DNA of 61,299 bases from Myxococcales bacterium. Lineage in GTDB: Bacteria; Myxococcota_A; UBA9042. Below the pieces are notes generated by a model. It was given only the letters and a program-made list of their open reading frames with translations, was not told the DNA's origin and did not search any database. Positions 59,934 to 61,299 of this stretch are shown here, in pieces; position 1 is the first letter of the stretch; every line of letters begins with the position of its first letter. The stretch spans positions 1-61,299 of the forward strand of contig JBBISH010000024.1 in NCBI GenBank assembly GCA_037441385.1, read 5' to 3'. A program made the translations under genes and the position numbers.

Positions 59934-60770
59934 ATGGAGATGGCGAAGATGCCGCGCGATCAACTGCGCGGATTCGAGCGGGTGGCCGTGCCCCTGCTCG
60001 AGCGGCTCAACGGCAGTCACGCCGCGCGCCGCTTGGTGTACTCGACGACGGGCCGCTTCAACGCCTGGTGGATCGAGGGCTTGGTCGGCGCGTTGTGGCA
60101 AGTGCGCGGCCTGGAGCACCTGTTGGCACTGCGCCCCGAGTCCGGGGTGATCCTGGTCTCGAACCATCGATCTTTCTTTGATTTCTACTACCTCGGCACG
60201 GTCCTGTCGCGCCACACTGGGCTCATCGCCGAGGTGACGTTCCCGGTGCGATCGCCGTTCTTCTATACGACCCCGGCGGGCATGCTCGTGAATTTGGCGA
60301 TCTCGGGGGGCACGATGTGGCCGCCGGTGTTCCGCGACGAGCGCAAGCGCCAACTGAACCCGCTGGGCTTGCAGCAGGTGGCGTGGTCGCTGGGGCCGGG
60401 AACGGTGATGGGCATCCACCCCGAGGGCACGCGCGGCAAGGGCCCAGATCCCTACGAATTCTTGCCGCTCCGGCCCGGTTTTGGCCAGCTGTTGCCGCTG
60501 CTGGACCCCAAGGTGACGATCGTGCCAGCGCTGTGCATCGGCGCGTCGTCGTCGGTGCTCGCCGAGATCCGCCGCGCTCGCAAGCCCGAGGGTGAGCGGG
60601 GCCCGCCCGTACGCCTACGCTTTGGCCCCAGCATGACCGTGGCCGACGCGATGCAACTGGGCATGATTGAAGGGCAGTTCGACGCTCTGCGCGCCACCGA
60701 GCGCGTGTTCGACCATGTGCGCGCCCTGGCCGGCGACGACCGCGCCGAATTCGACAACCGGGCGAGCTGA
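59934..60770 (+). CDS. PlsC-like acyltransferase
   Basis: NHRSFFD (HX4D) and HPEGTRG. Confidence 0.88.
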   Translation: MEMAKMPRDQLRGFERVAVPLLERLNGSHAARRLVYSTTGRFNAWWIEGLVGALWQVRGLEHLLALRPESGVILVSNHRSFFDFYYLGTVLSRHTGLIAEVTFPVRSPFFYTTPAGMLVNLAISGGTMWPPVFRDERKRQLNPLGLQQVAWSLGPGTVMGIHPEGTRGKGPDPYEFLPLRPGFGQLLPLLDPKVTIVPALCIGASSSVLAEIRRARKPEGERGPPVRLRFGPSMTVADAMQLGMIEGQFDALRATERVFDHVRALAGDDRAEFDNRAS

Positions 60771-60853
60771 ACCTTTTGACCCAGGGCCTGGCTCTCACTT
60801 GCAGGACCGGCGCCGCACTCCCCCCGTGCCCGCGCCTGGCCGTGGAGGTTGCT

Positions 60854-61048
60854 ATGCCCGTCAACGTTGGAACGATCGATCGCGCGGCCCGTCTATTGGC
60901 AGGTGCCGCGTTGGTGGGCCTGGCGGCCACCGGCCACATCGGCGCTTGGGGCTACATCGGGCTCCTGTTCGTGGGCACGGGCCTGGCCGGCCGCTGCCCG
61001 GCGTATCTGCCGTTTGGCCTGTCGACCTGCGCCACCCAGAAGAAGTAG
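60854..61048 (+). CDS. DUF2892 (YgaP-like) membrane protein
   Basis: NVG.IDR..R, TGL...CP.Y..FG.STC; RBS GGAGG. Confidence 0.88.
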   Translation: MPVNVGTIDRAARLLAGAALVGLAATGHIGAWGYIGLLFVGTGLAGRCPAYLPFGLSTCATQKK

Positions 61049-61108
61049 CCTGGGCGTCTGCGGCGGGCGGCCCCAAACTGGCCACTTGTTCAATTGAGCG
61101 GGCCGGCG

Positions 61109-61182
61109 CTAGAACACCAATCACAAATCTCTGAGGTCCAGAGCAACGAGAGCACTCGCTGACGAAAACTCGTTGATGCTCA
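61109..61182. mobile_element. MITE-like element A, left part (interrupted)
   Basis: Begins CTAGAACACCAATCACAAA; 66/71 identical to 22763-22833. Confidence 0.8.
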
Positions 61183-61299
61183 TACCAGTTCCGTCCGAAT
61201 CGGATCGAAAACTCGGGCAATTCTTCGGGCTCGAACCGGGGTCCCCGCCTGATTCTCGCCGGTTGCAGACCGGGGCAGAGAAGCCGTACAGGCGTGAAT
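61183..61299 (+). mobile_element. Dispersed repeat B, copy 2 (truncated by the window end)
   Basis: Ungapped match of about 76% to the reverse complement of 11405-11520; starts where element A homology stops. Confidence 0.65.

Overview
High-GC chromosomal segment whose gene content resembles a Myxococcota/deltaproteobacterial genome (inference: DUF1844, a separate SPOUT methyltransferase after trmD, a PilH/PilI-like ABC pair, many Cys-rich lipoproteins, clade II nosZ). Core genes: asnB, thrA, glmU, gpsA-rimM-trmD-SPOUT-rplS, an RpoH-family sigma, tRNA-His/Arg/Lys/Leu-tig-clpP-clpX-lon, sixA, apaH and ppx. A compact clade II N2O-reduction operon (nosZ-cytochrome c-nosB-nosDFLY) lies downstream of two FNR/DNR-type boxes. 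Most interesting observations: (1) an ATP-grasp ligase fused to two SET/post-SET domains, divergent from an MFS-like transporter; (2) a tandem two-domain AdoMetDC-fold protein in which only the C-terminal domain keeps the pyruvoyl-forming ES site; (3) a WYL regulator/AAA-DUF4143 ATPase pair bracketed by inverted CAGG-hexamer arrays, a repeat family whose two complete copies share a TCAGG-NN-AAAAGTC end; (4) a matching SigR/SigH-type promoter upstream of both the ECF sigma and the RpoH-like sigma, predicting a sigma cascade; (5) two MITE-like repeat families, one apparently nested in the other; (6) putative metal-binding appendages (trigger-factor His tail, NosB Cx2Cx5Cx3C tail, a 17-Cys insert). 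All calls come from reading motifs by eye; no database search was run. Start codons were re-chosen by inspection and are approximate.
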